Positions 1 to 9,733 of a stretch of 64,000 nucleotides of DNA are shown in pieces. Source of the stretch: a virus (taxonomy: Duplodnaviria; Caudoviricetes); IMG/VR virus record IMGVR_UViG_3300033407_000006, positions 1-64,000 of that record. One strand, written 5' to 3'. A model generated the notes under the pieces. The model worked only from the letters and a program-made list of their open reading frames with translations, made no database searches and was not told where the DNA came from. The position numbers were made by a program, and so were the translations under genes. Each line of letters starts with the position of its first letter. Positions within the stretch are counted from its first letter, which is position 1.

Positions 1-142
1 AGATGGAGCGAAGCGCGACGGCGCGGTCGAACTCGGGGTAAAATTCCTGCTCCCAAAGTTCTTCGTTGGCCTCTGCCAGCTCTTGCCAGCGGTCGCTTTC
101 CTGCCGGAACTTGGCGAGTCGTTTTTTCAGCCAGGACAGCAT
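1..142 (-). CDS. P1 gp16-like baseplate protein, 5' part (runs off window start)
   Basis: MLSWLKKRLAKFRQESDRWQELAE...RSI resembles the P1 gp16 N-terminus; lies directly downstream of bplA. Confidence 0.6.
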   Translation of the reverse strand, partial: MLSWLKKRLAKFRQESDRWQELAEANEELWEQEFYPEFDRAVALRSI

Positions 143-151
143 CGGTCAGCC

Positions 152-1543
152 TCAAAGATAGGTCAGGGTAAAGGTGGAACCGGCGAGATCGAAATCAATC
201 AGTTCGTGCAGCATGGTCGGAGTCAGGGTTCCGCCCACGGCAACCTCGAAATAGGCCCTGGAGTCGGAGAAGTGCCCCGTTGCATCAATGGCCGCATAGA
301 TGTCTTTGAGGCTCACGAAGCCCAGGCGGGTCGTGCTGTCCTTGTCGTACCGGGCGGTCAGCGCGGCCTGAATGTCTGCCACGGCGTCGGCAACGATGAC
401 GCTCTTGGCAACCTTGCCGGTGACGGCCACGGTGAACGGGGAAATGCTGGGTGCCCGGAACTCGAATTTCCGGTTGAGCGGGACCACCTCGTTCAGGGCG
501 GCGAGGATTTGGGTGCCGATACTGGCATTGCCCGTCGCGTAGGCGCTGAAGAAAATCTTGTTGATGTTCGCCAGGGCCGCGCCGTTTTCGGCTTCCTCTT
601 CCGTCTCCCCCCAGACATTCGACCATAGGACAGACGGGAAATTGCGGGCGATGAAGAACTCGTAATCGTCCTGCCATACCAGCTTGTCGTTATACATGGG
701 CCAGTAATGCAGGTTGACGCGGGTTTCCGAGATGGGTTCGGGATCGGCTCCCCCGGTCAGGGCTTCGGCGGCCACAATGGTCAGGCTCGCCGGGTCGCTA
801 TTGTCGTCCAGGATCTCGTCCACGGGGGTCAGCTCCTTGCCCGGCAGGAGCAGGGTCTCCCCGTCCGTCAGCCGGGCCAGGATGGTCACGACTGCGCCCG
901 CCGCCGGAATCGCCCCGAAGGTTCCGTTGCCGAAGCGAATCCCGAGAAACCCGTCATGGGTGTAGAACTGGTCGTAGGCCAGGGCCGCAGCCGTGACGTT
1001 CTGGAACAGCCGGGCGTACTCCCAGGGGGTTCCGTCCACCTCCACGGTGAAGCTCGACATCCGGGCGGCGTCCGCCTTGTCGAAAAGGATCTGGTAGAAA
1101 GCCTTCTCTTCGGTGACGGTGTGTTCGATGGTCTTCTCTTCGACCTGCTCCACCGTTACCGCCGCGCTCTGCCCCGCCGGGATCTGCGCCGTGGTCGTGG
1201 TCACATAGAGAAGCTGGTTTTCCCCTTGGAGCGGGACGCCCAAGGCAATCGAAACCTGAGCGCCGCCGTCGTTGGTGACGGTGATATCCCCCGTTGAAGG
1301 TGTCGCCTTGCGGGGGATATACTCCCGGTCTTCGACGTGCGCCAAAACACTCGAATCGTTCACGGCGGTTGAAAGAAAGAACTCCTGCTTGGCCCGCTCG
1401 ACAGCCCAGAGCGCCGAACGCAGCGCCCAGGACAGGAAGATCGCCATGTGCTCAACGAACTGACTCTTTGCCAGCCGAACCCACGTCGCCTTGGTGCCGA
1501 TGATGGATTTGAATTGGTCGATTGCTTCCTGTTTCGTTATCAC
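152..1543 (-). CDS. bplA: Baseplate wedge protein (baseplate J-like)
   Basis: 463 aa; 'GFLGIRFGNGTFG' and 'LTGGADPE' baseplate-J motifs; P1 synteny. Confidence 0.85.
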   Translation of the reverse strand: MITKQEAIDQFKSIIGTKATWVRLAKSQFVEHMAIFLSWALRSALWAVERAKQEFFLSTAVNDSSVLAHVEDREYIPRKATPSTGDITVTNDGGAQVSIALGVPLQGENQLLYVTTTTAQIPAGQSAAVTVEQVEEKTIEHTVTEEKAFYQILFDKADAARMSSFTVEVDGTPWEYARLFQNVTAAALAYDQFYTHDGFLGIRFGNGTFGAIPAAGAVVTILARLTDGETLLLPGKELTPVDEILDDNSDPASLTIVAAEALTGGADPEPISETRVNLHYWPMYNDKLVWQDDYEFFIARNFPSVLWSNVWGETEEEAENGAALANINKIFFSAYATGNASIGTQILAALNEVVPLNRKFEFRAPSISPFTVAVTGKVAKSVIVADAVADIQAALTARYDKDSTTRLGFVSLKDIYAAIDATGHFSDSRAYFEVAVGGTLTPTMLHELIDFDLAGSTFTLTYL

Positions 1544-1884
1544 AGCCTTACCTCGCCTTGATAGATTCCTTGGCCGTAATCAATCAGCACAACGCAAAGG
1601 TCGATTTCGGTGAACTCCACCGCAACCGCCCGGATATTCACGTCCTTCACGTCCCTTGGCAGCTTCTCCAGCAGCGCCATTTCCGCCAGGACGTTCAGGC
1701 TCTCGCTCGGGGGCTCATGCTTGAGGCCGAAGAGGCGATTCCCCCAACTCGGGAGGTCGATATGGTCTCCCTCGGGGGTCAGCAGCCATTCGGTCAGGCG
1801 TTCCTCCACGGCAGCCGCGTCGCCATGGGTGACAACCCCGGAAGGGTCCAGCTCCATCAGGAGATCGAATTCTTCAATGAGCAT
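1540..1884 (-). CDS. pmgA: Baseplate gp25/GPW-like protein
   Basis: 114 aa with 'WLLTPEG...PSWGNRL'; between bplA and tape measure as in P1. Confidence 0.75.
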   Translation of the reverse strand: MLIEEFDLLMELDPSGVVTHGDAAAVEERLTEWLLTPEGDHIDLPSWGNRLFGLKHEPPSESLNVLAEMALLEKLPRDVKDVNIRAVAVEFTEIDLCVVLIDYGQGIYQGEVRL

Positions 1885-1886
1885 GG

Positions 1887-3437
1887 CTATACCCTGTCAT
1901 GGGCCATGAGCTTGAGGTAGGTATCCTCGAACTCCATGTTGACGATCTCGCCGCCGGGGCGAACCTCGAATTGCTGCGGCTTCTGCTTTTCGCTGCGGCT
2001 CTTGTCTTTCACCAGCTCTTCGAGACCTTCGACCTTGACGGTCTGAGGCTTCGCGTCTGCCGGGGCAATGGGCGCTTCGTTTTTCAGCGGTCGCTCCACT
2101 TTCGCCGTGGCTTCGACCTGCTTGCGGCTGAGAACTTCCCCGGTAATTGGATCGTAGGGGAGGGCTTTCTTACCCTGCGCGACACGCTGCCGATTGATTT
2201 TCTCGGTGAATTCCAGGCTGCGCCGGTTCACTTCGGCCCGGTCTGCGTCCGTTTCCTTTGCGCTGATCTCGTAGCTGCCTTCTTCGCTGATCTTCGGCAC
2301 AAGACCCAAGGCCTGGGCCGCCTTCGAGATGATATTGTCCTTGCCGGTGACGGCTGAATATCCGGCGCTGCCCACGGCCCCGGCTGCCGCCGCCCCTGCC
2401 GCCAGAGTCCCGCCCCCGATGGCAGAGACCAGCCCGGCAATTCCCCGGCCCGCGCCGCCCAACAGCTTCCCGCCCGCCCGGCCCGCGCCGCCCAAGACCG
2501 AACCCAAGGGGGCCAGCATCTTGCCGATTCTCCCGAAAGCGCTGCCGATGAACTTCCCGGCCCCCGAAGGGAATCCCGAAGAGTCGCCGCCTTCGATGCC
2601 CTGAACGGCCTCGACAAGCTCCTTGTGGCGCTTTTCGGCTTTGGCTTCCCTTGTTTCTTCCCTGGCTTCCTGGTCGGCCTCTTCGGTGCCTTTGTCGCGG
2701 CTGAAGAAGCCCTTCACCCTGGCGAGGATGCCCTTTTCATCCTCAGCCTTTTCGGCCAAGTCGCTGGTTGCCTGATAGATCTCCTTGGCGGCCTCGTAGA
2801 AGGGTCCGCCCACGCCCGCGCCAGCGGCGTCCTTGACCTCTTCGCCCTTGTCGCCGAAGAGTCCGCCGATGCCCTTTTTCAGGGCCCCGATCAGGCCACT
2901 GTTGCGCTTCTCGTCGTTTCGGCGCTGCCGCTCCTTCTCCCCGGCGGAAAGAAACCTCCCGTCGCTGCCGCGCTTGGCTGTCGGAGCGGGGCGTTCGGAA
3001 TCGGCGTCAATTTGCTGGCGCTGTGCCCGGATGCCCGGCGCGGTTTTCGTGGGCTTCTCGGGCTCCTGCGTCTCCGGCTTCCTGTCGGGCCGGTCTTGCG
3101 CCTTGGCCCGCGCTGGCGTCTCGGGGCGCGTCCGGTTGGCTTTCTGAACTGTCTCCGGCTGCCTTCGTGCGGAACGCTCGCCGCTACCTTCGGCTTCGGC
3201 CTTCTCGACTTGGGGGGGGGGCTCGGTGCGCTGAATGGACGCCCGACGCGCATTCGCTACGGGCAGGCCCGGCTGTAGCATCCTGGTGAGAAGGGCCGTG
3301 TTGCGCTCGATACGCTCCAGCAAGACGATCTCTTCGCTCTTGCGGGGCTGCGCCTCCGGGAAAAGGCTTTCGCGCTCCAGGCTGTCGGCATCCGCCAGGA
3401 GATCCGCAAGGGTCGTTTTATCAAGCTCGTTGCTCAT
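1887..3437 (-). CDS. Tape-measure-like protein (position of P1 sit), short, no lytic transglycosylase domain recognised
   Basis: 516 aa, charged helical regions and a Gly/Ala-rich segment; syntenic position. Confidence 0.6.
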   Translation of the reverse strand: MSNELDKTTLADLLADADSLERESLFPEAQPRKSEEIVLLERIERNTALLTRMLQPGLPVANARRASIQRTEPPPQVEKAEAEGSGERSARRQPETVQKANRTRPETPARAKAQDRPDRKPETQEPEKPTKTAPGIRAQRQQIDADSERPAPTAKRGSDGRFLSAGEKERQRRNDEKRNSGLIGALKKGIGGLFGDKGEEVKDAAGAGVGGPFYEAAKEIYQATSDLAEKAEDEKGILARVKGFFSRDKGTEEADQEAREETREAKAEKRHKELVEAVQGIEGGDSSGFPSGAGKFIGSAFGRIGKMLAPLGSVLGGAGRAGGKLLGGAGRGIAGLVSAIGGGTLAAGAAAAGAVGSAGYSAVTGKDNIISKAAQALGLVPKISEEGSYEISAKETDADRAEVNRRSLEFTEKINRQRVAQGKKALPYDPITGEVLSRKQVEATAKVERPLKNEAPIAPADAKPQTVKVEGLEELVKDKSRSEKQKPQQFEVRPGGEIVNMEFEDTYLKLMAHDRV

Positions 3438-3610
3438 TGCTTCTGACTCCTGCGACGCTTGAACGCCTCATGCAAAGCCACGACGCGGCTTTCAGGCGCA
3501 TTCAGCAACCCTCCCAGATCTTGACCGCCCATGTTGCAGAGGTTGTCCAGAATGACATCCCAGCTCTTCAGGCTATAGCTCTGCAATGTAGTCGTGACAC
3601 CGAAAGGGAA
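3434..3610 (-). CDS. +1-frame extension of pmgB (putative G-T type chaperone tail)
   Basis: Open +1 frame from TTTCCCTTTC (3602-3611) to a TGA overlapping the tape-measure ATG (ATGA). Confidence 0.5.
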   Translation of the reverse strand, partial: FPFGVTTTLQSYSLKSWDVILDNLCNMGGQDLGGLLNAPESRVVALHEAFKRRRSQKQ

Positions 3611-4349
3611 ATCGAATACGGGTAGACCCCCCGGCTACCGGGCAAACATGAACGGGAAGCTCGATATAAACACGGCCCGCTTCGTATACGGTCCTGAGTC
3701 CGTGGGCCATGCTGTCCATGGCCTGCTGCGCTTTTGCCGCCAGCTCCTTGAACTCGCCTTTGCCCATCCGCAGCAGCCTGCTTTTCCTGGTGTCGAAGTC
3801 CTTGGCGTTCTCTTGGTCGCAGTCCTTGAACCGCAGGACCATTGCCAGATAATCGATCCGATCCATGACCTCGGCCCGGCGTCGTTCGGCGTGTTTGCCC
3901 TCATCTTCTAGCACTTTCCGGCCAATGCGCGAAACCTCCAAGTCTTCGGCGGCGGCGCCAGAGAGCGGCACGATCCGCACGGTCTCGCCGCTGTGCTCGA
4001 ACTCCCGGAATGCAGGGCCTTCGAGATCCACGGCTTCGGCGGCGATGTCGCGCCCGTCTTGCAAATAGACGTGGTTTCCATGGCAGAAGGGGCACTCGTA
4101 ATCCACGGGGATTTCAATGTCCCGCGCCGTGTGCAGCCAGTACCAGTAGATCGCCAGCCGCCGGTCTTCGGCGGTCCATTTGAGCGGATCTTCTCCTGGG
4201 GTTTCGAGCACCCGCCCGAGAAAGGCCGTGGTGACTTCCTCTTCGTGGTCAGGATCGGCCCCAGCGATTTCGATGCAGTCGTTGACCGTGGCCTCGCGCA
4301 GGCGGATCTTGCGCTTCGGGTCGCTGGGGAGTTGGAGCGGTGGAATCAC
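3573..4349 (-). CDS. pmgB: Tail assembly chaperone/morphogenesis protein
   Basis: 258 aa; CPFC and CPV motifs, C-terminal 'FPFR'; directly upstream of tape measure. Confidence 0.7.
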   Translation of the reverse strand: MIPPLQLPSDPKRKIRLREATVNDCIEIAGADPDHEEEVTTAFLGRVLETPGEDPLKWTAEDRRLAIYWYWLHTARDIEIPVDYECPFCHGNHVYLQDGRDIAAEAVDLEGPAFREFEHSGETVRIVPLSGAAAEDLEVSRIGRKVLEDEGKHAERRRAEVMDRIDYLAMVLRFKDCDQENAKDFDTRKSRLLRMGKGEFKELAAKAQQAMDSMAHGLRTVYEAGRVYIELPVHVCPVAGGSTRIRFPFRCHDYIAEL

Positions 4350-4350
4350 G

Positions 4351-4926
4351 TCAGTCTCCTATGGATCGGAATTGAACGAAGGTGATGGGGAATTCGAGCA
4401 AGCCCTCGCCGTCTTGGGCTTGGGTCACGTCTCCGCGCCGAAGCGGGAGCATCAGCCATTCATGGGATACGCTTTGGGCCTCGTCGGTCAGCGCGTATTG
4501 GCGAACCTTGCAGAGATAGCCCTCGCGGCCATAGGGCAGGTTGACGGTCCCGTCCGGATTGACCACCAGCGCCGCCAAGGAGTCGAAGAACTTGGAAACG
4601 CGCTCATCGGCATGCTCCCTCATGGTCATCGTGGCCTCAACGGGTGCCGCGCCCGTGGGGAAGCTCATCGTCACCGCCCCGATTTGAACCGGGTCCGTGG
4701 TGATCTCCGTCGGGCCGTAAGAGATGTCCCGGCAGAACAGGTCAAACTCCCGGTACTGCGGGCCGTCGCCTTTGGCAATCTGGCGCTTGAGCATTCCTGC
4801 GTCCACGCGCCCGGCCCGGACGGCCCACTCCGGCGGGTCGATTTCTATCCGCCACTGCCATTGCTGCTTGAACGGGGTGCGCACCAGCGTTTTCGCCAGC
4901 ATCTTGAGGCGGCTGAAGTTTTCCAT
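4351..4926 (-). CDS. tub: Tail tube-like protein
   Basis: 'QWQWRIEID...DLFCRDISY...VVNPDGTVNLP...GDVTQA' resembles P1 Tub. Confidence 0.8.
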   Translation of the reverse strand: MENFSRLKMLAKTLVRTPFKQQWQWRIEIDPPEWAVRAGRVDAGMLKRQIAKGDGPQYREFDLFCRDISYGPTEITTDPVQIGAVTMSFPTGAAPVEATMTMREHADERVSKFFDSLAALVVNPDGTVNLPYGREGYLCKVRQYALTDEAQSVSHEWLMLPLRRGDVTQAQDGEGLLEFPITFVQFRSIGD

Positions 4927-5483
4927 TACAGGACCAGTGCCCCCGCGATGATGGCTTTGCTCTCTTCCATCGCCAGCTCCAGGGCGACAAGGCGCTGTCT
5001 CAGCTCTTCGTCGCCGGGAAGCTCAAGCTGCATCCCCGTTGTCAGGGAGATTTGACGTTCCCGGCGGGTGTTGGGGATATCGATGAGGGCAAAGAGGTAT
5101 TCATGGAGCAGGCCGATACTTTCCGTCGGCAGCTCATAGGTTTTGTTGGTCGCGTTGTTGCGCAGATCCACGAAGTAGCGAAGCTGGATCGGCAGAACGT
5201 CGCTATCGCCCGTGAGGGCGGTCAGCGTCGGTGCCTCGGCGGTCCCGGAATCAACGATCTCAACCCATGTGCCCCGTGCGTCCATGGCCCCGGCACAGGC
5301 CAGATAGTCGGCGGGCCGGTCAAGAACGGTTTCGTCTGCTGGAAACGAGATTGTCTTGACCGGCCCGGCCTTGTCCTGGTAGGTGCCGAGGGCTCGCCGC
5401 AGCAGGCCATTCAGCACAGAGTCTTCGAGATAGATGACTTGGAATTCCGCCTTGACTTCCTGAAGAAGCTCAAGCGGTTTCAT
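4926..5483 (-). CDS. pmgC: Head-tail adaptor/morphogenesis protein
   Basis: 'LLRRALGTYQDKAG...YLFALIDIPNT' closely resembles P1 PmgC. Confidence 0.85.
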   Translation of the reverse strand: MKPLELLQEVKAEFQVIYLEDSVLNGLLRRALGTYQDKAGPVKTISFPADETVLDRPADYLACAGAMDARGTWVEIVDSGTAEAPTLTALTGDSDVLPIQLRYFVDLRNNATNKTYELPTESIGLLHEYLFALIDIPNTRRERQISLTTGMQLELPGDEELRQRLVALELAMEESKAIIAGALVL

Positions 5484-5489
5484 GGGCGA

Positions 5490-6068
5490 TTATCCTGCAA
5501 GCGTGTTGAGAAGGCTGGAGATGATGTCTCCGTTGTCGTCCCATCCAAGGGTTCGACCGCTCCGATCCAGCCAATCGACCCAGTTGTAATGCAGGATGAA
5601 AGGCGGCTTGACGATCTGGGCCCCGTCTTCGACACCGAGATCCGCCGGGTCCATCTCGATCCAGCAGTCTTCCAGTCGGCAGGTTGCGGCGGCAGGGCTT
5701 CCCCCGGCGCTTTCAGAGACGAGGCCCATGGTCACATTGAAGTAGGCCTTGGTGCGCACGGCCTCCCGGATGCCGGAGAGGGCCAGCCCGGAAATGACCT
5801 CCTTGAAGGTGCCGTTGACCTCGCCGAAGTTGATGAAATTGCCCTGCTGGTGATAGCCGATGCCGTGCGGGCCCTTGCCTTCGATGACCTCGCGCTTGAT
5901 GCCGGGCAACTGCGTCGTCTGCACCAGAAACTCATGGTCTTTGAGCGGGCCGTAGTCGAATACCATGCGGAAATCCGCGCCGTTGACCCCTTCGCCAAGG
6001 CTCATAAGCTTTCGGTACGACTTTTTTACGAGGGGAATTCTCCCCGTGCTGCTGCTGATGTTGGGCAT
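5490..6068 (-). CDS. bplB: Tail tube/baseplate protein
   Basis: 'FLVQTTQLP...GPHG...HYNWVDW' resembles P1 BplB. Confidence 0.8.
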   Translation of the reverse strand: MPNISSSTGRIPLVKKSYRKLMSLGEGVNGADFRMVFDYGPLKDHEFLVQTTQLPGIKREVIEGKGPHGIGYHQQGNFINFGEVNGTFKEVISGLALSGIREAVRTKAYFNVTMGLVSESAGGSPAAATCRLEDCWIEMDPADLGVEDGAQIVKPPFILHYNWVDWLDRSGRTLGWDDNGDIISSLLNTLAG

Positions 6069-6079
6069 TTTCAGCCTCC

Positions 6080-6757
6080 CTAGAAAAGTGTCTTGCTGCC
6101 GATGCCCCAGGACGCGGGAATGTCGGAAGCGTTCAGCATGGCCTTGGTGGCGATTTGAAGAGATACTTCAGCCCGGATCAGGTGGCCGTTGCGGTCCCGC
6201 TCCTTGTCGAGCGGGGTGTCCATGCTCTCAATCCGGCAATTGGTCATGACGGCGTTGCGCCCGATGTTGAGCGTCAAGGCCGGGGGCAGCCGCCCCGTGG
6301 CGTCTCCCACGTCGAATCCTTGAGATTCCCCGGTCACGGCGTTCAGGATGTTCCCGGCGGCTTTCTCGATATCCAATGGGATACCGGCATTGACCTGCGG
6401 GCTCGCCATGGCTTCAAGGGCCGCCAAGGGCCTCATGACCTCGTTGAAGGCGTCCGCCAGGGCGTAGAACTGGAGAACGAGATTGAACGTCGTGGGTCGG
6501 TTGCCTTCCCAGATCTGTTCACTGTTGAGAGTGGTCAGGGCGGTGCGGCCCGTCTTGAGCTGCACCAGCCCTGCCGTTTTCTCGAAAACGCTCCCGATGC
6601 TCGATTGCTCAAAGGGACTGTTCCAGTTGGCCTGAAGCTGCCGTGAGGTTCCTTGACCGATGGCGGCGCAGATAAGCACATCCTGGCCCTCGGGCTTGAT
6701 CCAAGCCTTGAGGTAGGGTGAGAGCTTCTTGTCTGCGTTTCCGATGATGGTTGCCAC
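6080..6757 (-). CDS. pmgG: Tail tube initiator-like morphogenesis protein
   Basis: 'LSPYLK...NWNSPF...WEGNRP...TLNIGR' resembles P1 PmgG. Confidence 0.8.
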   Translation of the reverse strand: MATIIGNADKKLSPYLKAWIKPEGQDVLICAAIGQGTSRQLQANWNSPFEQSSIGSVFEKTAGLVQLKTGRTALTTLNSEQIWEGNRPTTFNLVLQFYALADAFNEVMRPLAALEAMASPQVNAGIPLDIEKAAGNILNAVTGESQGFDVGDATGRLPPALTLNIGRNAVMTNCRIESMDTPLDKERDRNGHLIRAEVSLQIATKAMLNASDIPASWGIGSKTLF

Positions 6758-6869
6758 GGGCCGTCCTTTTTTAGAAAAAAGCCCCCCGGTTTGAGCATGC
6801 CAGCCGGGAACGATCCGGCCTTGGCGAAGGAGTTACCGCGCCTTCGGCAGAGGCTTGGGGGGCGTTTTG

Positions 6870-7559
6870 TTACAGGCCGCGCTTGGTGCGCATCTTCATG
6901 GCCTTCTTGCGGGCCAGCTTGGCGGCTCCGGTGAAGGCCTTCATGCGGGCCTTCTTCAGGGCGGCTTTCTGGGCGGAACTCATTTTCTTGGGCCGTCCGA
7001 CGCGCTTTTTCTTCAGCACGACTTTGCCGCCGCGAACAACCTTGATGGTGGCCTCAAGCACCATGTCACCGGAAACGGCGTACTTGGCGATCAGGGTCTC
7101 ATCGTCGCTGTCGCTGGCGTCAAGCTTGCCGGAGACGGCCGCGCCGATACGGGCCCCGGCTTCATCATCTTCGTCGTCCAGGAAGGATTCGACATCCTCG
7201 CTGTCCGCGCCCATGGTGAGGAGGGCATTGGCGACGCCCTGGAACAGCTCGCCGACAAAGGCCTCTTCTTCGTCGCTGAGTTCTTCGTCACCGTCGGCAT
7301 CGGCCATGACGAACACGGCGGCGTTCATGTCCTCATAGGTGAAGTTGCCTTCAGAGGCCCAGGCCAGGGCTGCGCCCATGGCGGCGCTGCGAAGCTGCTG
7401 CTCGCCGAACTCGGCAACGCCCATGCTGTCGCCAGCCGCCTCGAAAATGTTGACCCCGTGCCGCGCCCCCGAGGGCAGGGTGAGATCGGGAACGTCACCG
7501 AAGATCGCGCCTACGCCGGTCTCGTCGAAGTAATTGAAATCCACCACGTTTCTGCTCAT
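6870..7559 (-). CDS. P1 gp21-like protein (acidic body, Lys/Arg-rich tail)
   Basis: C-terminus 'AQKAALKKARMKAFTGAAKLARKKAMKMR' matches P1 gp21. Confidence 0.85.
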   Translation of the reverse strand: MSRNVVDFNYFDETGVGAIFGDVPDLTLPSGARHGVNIFEAAGDSMGVAEFGEQQLRSAAMGAALAWASEGNFTYEDMNAAVFVMADADGDEELSDEEEAFVGELFQGVANALLTMGADSEDVESFLDDEDDEAGARIGAAVSGKLDASDSDDETLIAKYAVSGDMVLEATIKVVRGGKVVLKKKRVGRPKKMSSAQKAALKKARMKAFTGAAKLARKKAMKMRTKRGL

Positions 7560-7609
7560 AACGTCACTCCGTCATTATTGAAGGGCCCCGGCGATGGCCG
7601 GGGCGCTGA

Positions 7610-9328
7610 TTACTTGATGAGGCGGGGCTGTCCGGCGATACGCCGTGCCGCGCCCGTGGGGCAGATGGCCCAATCCACCAGCCACAAATCGATCTCCTGC
7701 TGCGTAATGGTGAAAGTATAGGGCGCGGTCCCGTCCGCAGGGTCGCGGGGAGGAACCAGAGCGCCGGAGTTCACCATTTCGTCCAGGATTTGCGTCATGA
7801 CGTTGGCGAGGCCGGTGCGGGTCAGGCCGTCGGGCTCGAACTTGAGCGCTGCGGCCCCCTCGACAAAGCGATGATCGATGTAGTTGGCGATCCGGTTGAC
7901 CCAGATGAACCGGCGGTAGTCCTGCTTGTACCAGAGGGCAAGGCAGTCATCAATGACCGCGCCGCCGAACTGGCCCGAAATGACGGGATTGATCCGGGCG
8001 GTGTAGAAGTCGTCCCGGTTGATCACGTCGTTGGGATGCAAAGCCTTGATGCCGGTGCGGGAAAGCCGCGCCCGCTCGGTGCCCGCCGGGGCGTAGTGAA
8101 CGCCGGGAGTTGCCCCGGTGAAGTTCTGGGCCCCTTTGGCGCAGGCCGCCGCCGCTTCGCCCGACACGCCCCAGATGGTGCTGCCGCCGTAATAGGCGTC
8201 GGTGGCCGAATAGGGATTGTAATAGACAGCCGCTTGCCGTCCCTGGAGTCCGGTCCCTTTGAGCCAGGTCAGCGCTTGGTCCGGGGGCAGGGCGGGCTGC
8301 ACGTCGAAGAAGAACGATACATGGCGGTCGTCGGCGATATCGATGCAGTTCGCCAGCACCGTCGCATCGTAGTTCCCGGCGGCGAACATGAGATCGGCGG
8401 CGAAGTCCTGATTCCGGAAAATGTCCCAGGCCGCTACCCAATCGGCGGACACGGGCGTCCCGCCGTTGCTGCCGCCGGTAAAGGCGGTCTTGGTCCCGCT
8501 GGCGGTTTGAAGCGCCGTGAGGATGGTTGCGAAGGAGAGTTCTTCATCGTAGTCGCACCGGAAGCGGTCGGATTGCTGCTCCAGGACGGTTTCAATGAAG
8601 GCGCTGCGGCCCAGATCGTCCACGTCGGAGGGGTCGAAGCCTACGAGGTAGGTTTCCAGGAGGTATTCAACCCCCTCATCGTCCTTGTCGTAGAAGTTGA
8701 GCGTTGCGCGGTTGTCGTACTGGCCGTCGTAGACCTTCCAGCGGACGGTCGGGGCGGCCAGGGTCGGGTCCGTGTCGGTCGCAATGTGCGGGGCGACGCA
8801 GATCAGCTTGCCGCCCGTCACTGAAACGACATCGTTCACGGCGTAAACGGCATCGGTGTCGTATGCGCCAAGATCATTGATGACATTGGCAATCTCGAAG
8901 CTGCGATTGGTCGAAGGGTTGCCGTCAATCGGCCACGCCGTAAAGACGTGCCCCGCGCCATTGGCAACAGCGGTCCCGTAGGCGAGGGCTCCGGTGGCGA
9001 TGGTGCCGTCGGCCAGAACCAGCGCCAGAGTAGGGAATGCCGCGTCGCTGGCAACCACGCGAACCACGTTCACATAGTCGCAATCTCGCACGGCATCCGC
9101 GAGGTGGCGAAGCCCTTCCATGCCCACGGACTTCTTGGGCAAGGGCTTTCCGAAAATGTCCTGCCAGTTGTCCGCCGTTACTTGCGTCACCTGCATCACC
9201 GGCCCCTGCGAGGCCATGAGCGCGACAGCTCCGACGGATACGGGCCCGCCCCCTGTTTTCAGGGTGGCGTTTGCCTGAAGCGGCAGGACGGTGATATCAG
9301 CCGCGTTGGTGATGGTCTTCTTCTTCAT
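7610..9328 (-). CDS. Tail sheath protein (P1 gp22-like)
   Basis: 572 aa; sheath C-terminal motifs 'WVNRIANYI...KFEPDG...GAARRIAGQPRLI'. Confidence 0.85.
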   Translation of the reverse strand: MKKKTITNAADITVLPLQANATLKTGGGPVSVGAVALMASQGPVMQVTQVTADNWQDIFGKPLPKKSVGMEGLRHLADAVRDCDYVNVVRVVASDAAFPTLALVLADGTIATGALAYGTAVANGAGHVFTAWPIDGNPSTNRSFEIANVINDLGAYDTDAVYAVNDVVSVTGGKLICVAPHIATDTDPTLAAPTVRWKVYDGQYDNRATLNFYDKDDEGVEYLLETYLVGFDPSDVDDLGRSAFIETVLEQQSDRFRCDYDEELSFATILTALQTASGTKTAFTGGSNGGTPVSADWVAAWDIFRNQDFAADLMFAAGNYDATVLANCIDIADDRHVSFFFDVQPALPPDQALTWLKGTGLQGRQAAVYYNPYSATDAYYGGSTIWGVSGEAAAACAKGAQNFTGATPGVHYAPAGTERARLSRTGIKALHPNDVINRDDFYTARINPVISGQFGGAVIDDCLALWYKQDYRRFIWVNRIANYIDHRFVEGAAALKFEPDGLTRTGLANVMTQILDEMVNSGALVPPRDPADGTAPYTFTITQQEIDLWLVDWAICPTGAARRIAGQPRLIK

Positions 9329-9733
9329 TTAGGGCTCCTGGCGCTTCCTGCCGCGTCTTCCGGGCTTGCCGGGCTTGGGGGCGACTTCCTTCTTCTCGGG
9401 GGGCTTCGCCTCGACTTGCTCTTGCTGATCGGGCTCCGGCGCTCCATCTTCCTGCTCGACTGCGCTGCCCTCTTCGCCTTCGACTTCATCGGTCTCGGGT
9501 ACGTCTGCCTCGGGCTCCGGCGCATCCGCCGTTTCCTTGGCCTTCACCGGCTCGACTTCCGAAATCGAAATCGCAGGGAATCGCTGGTTGATGTAGGCAA
9601 TAACCTTTTCCCGGATCTCTTCGGGAACGTCAAGGACAACGGAGGCACGGCCAGGGACGCTCAGGGTAAAGCGGTGGGCGGGATAGGCCCGGCTCATGCC
9701 GCTGACACTGTGATTCGTGAATTTAAATTTCAT
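9329..9733 (-). CDS. Hypothetical protein with acidic/low-complexity C-terminus
   Basis: 134 aa ORF between capsid and sheath genes, with RBS. Confidence 0.6.
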   Translation of the reverse strand: MKFKFTNHSVSGMSRAYPAHRFTLSVPGRASVVLDVPEEIREKVIAYINQRFPAISISEVEPVKAKETADAPEPEADVPETDEVEGEEGSAVEQEDGAPEPDQQEQVEAKPPEKKEVAPKPGKPGRRGRKRQEP

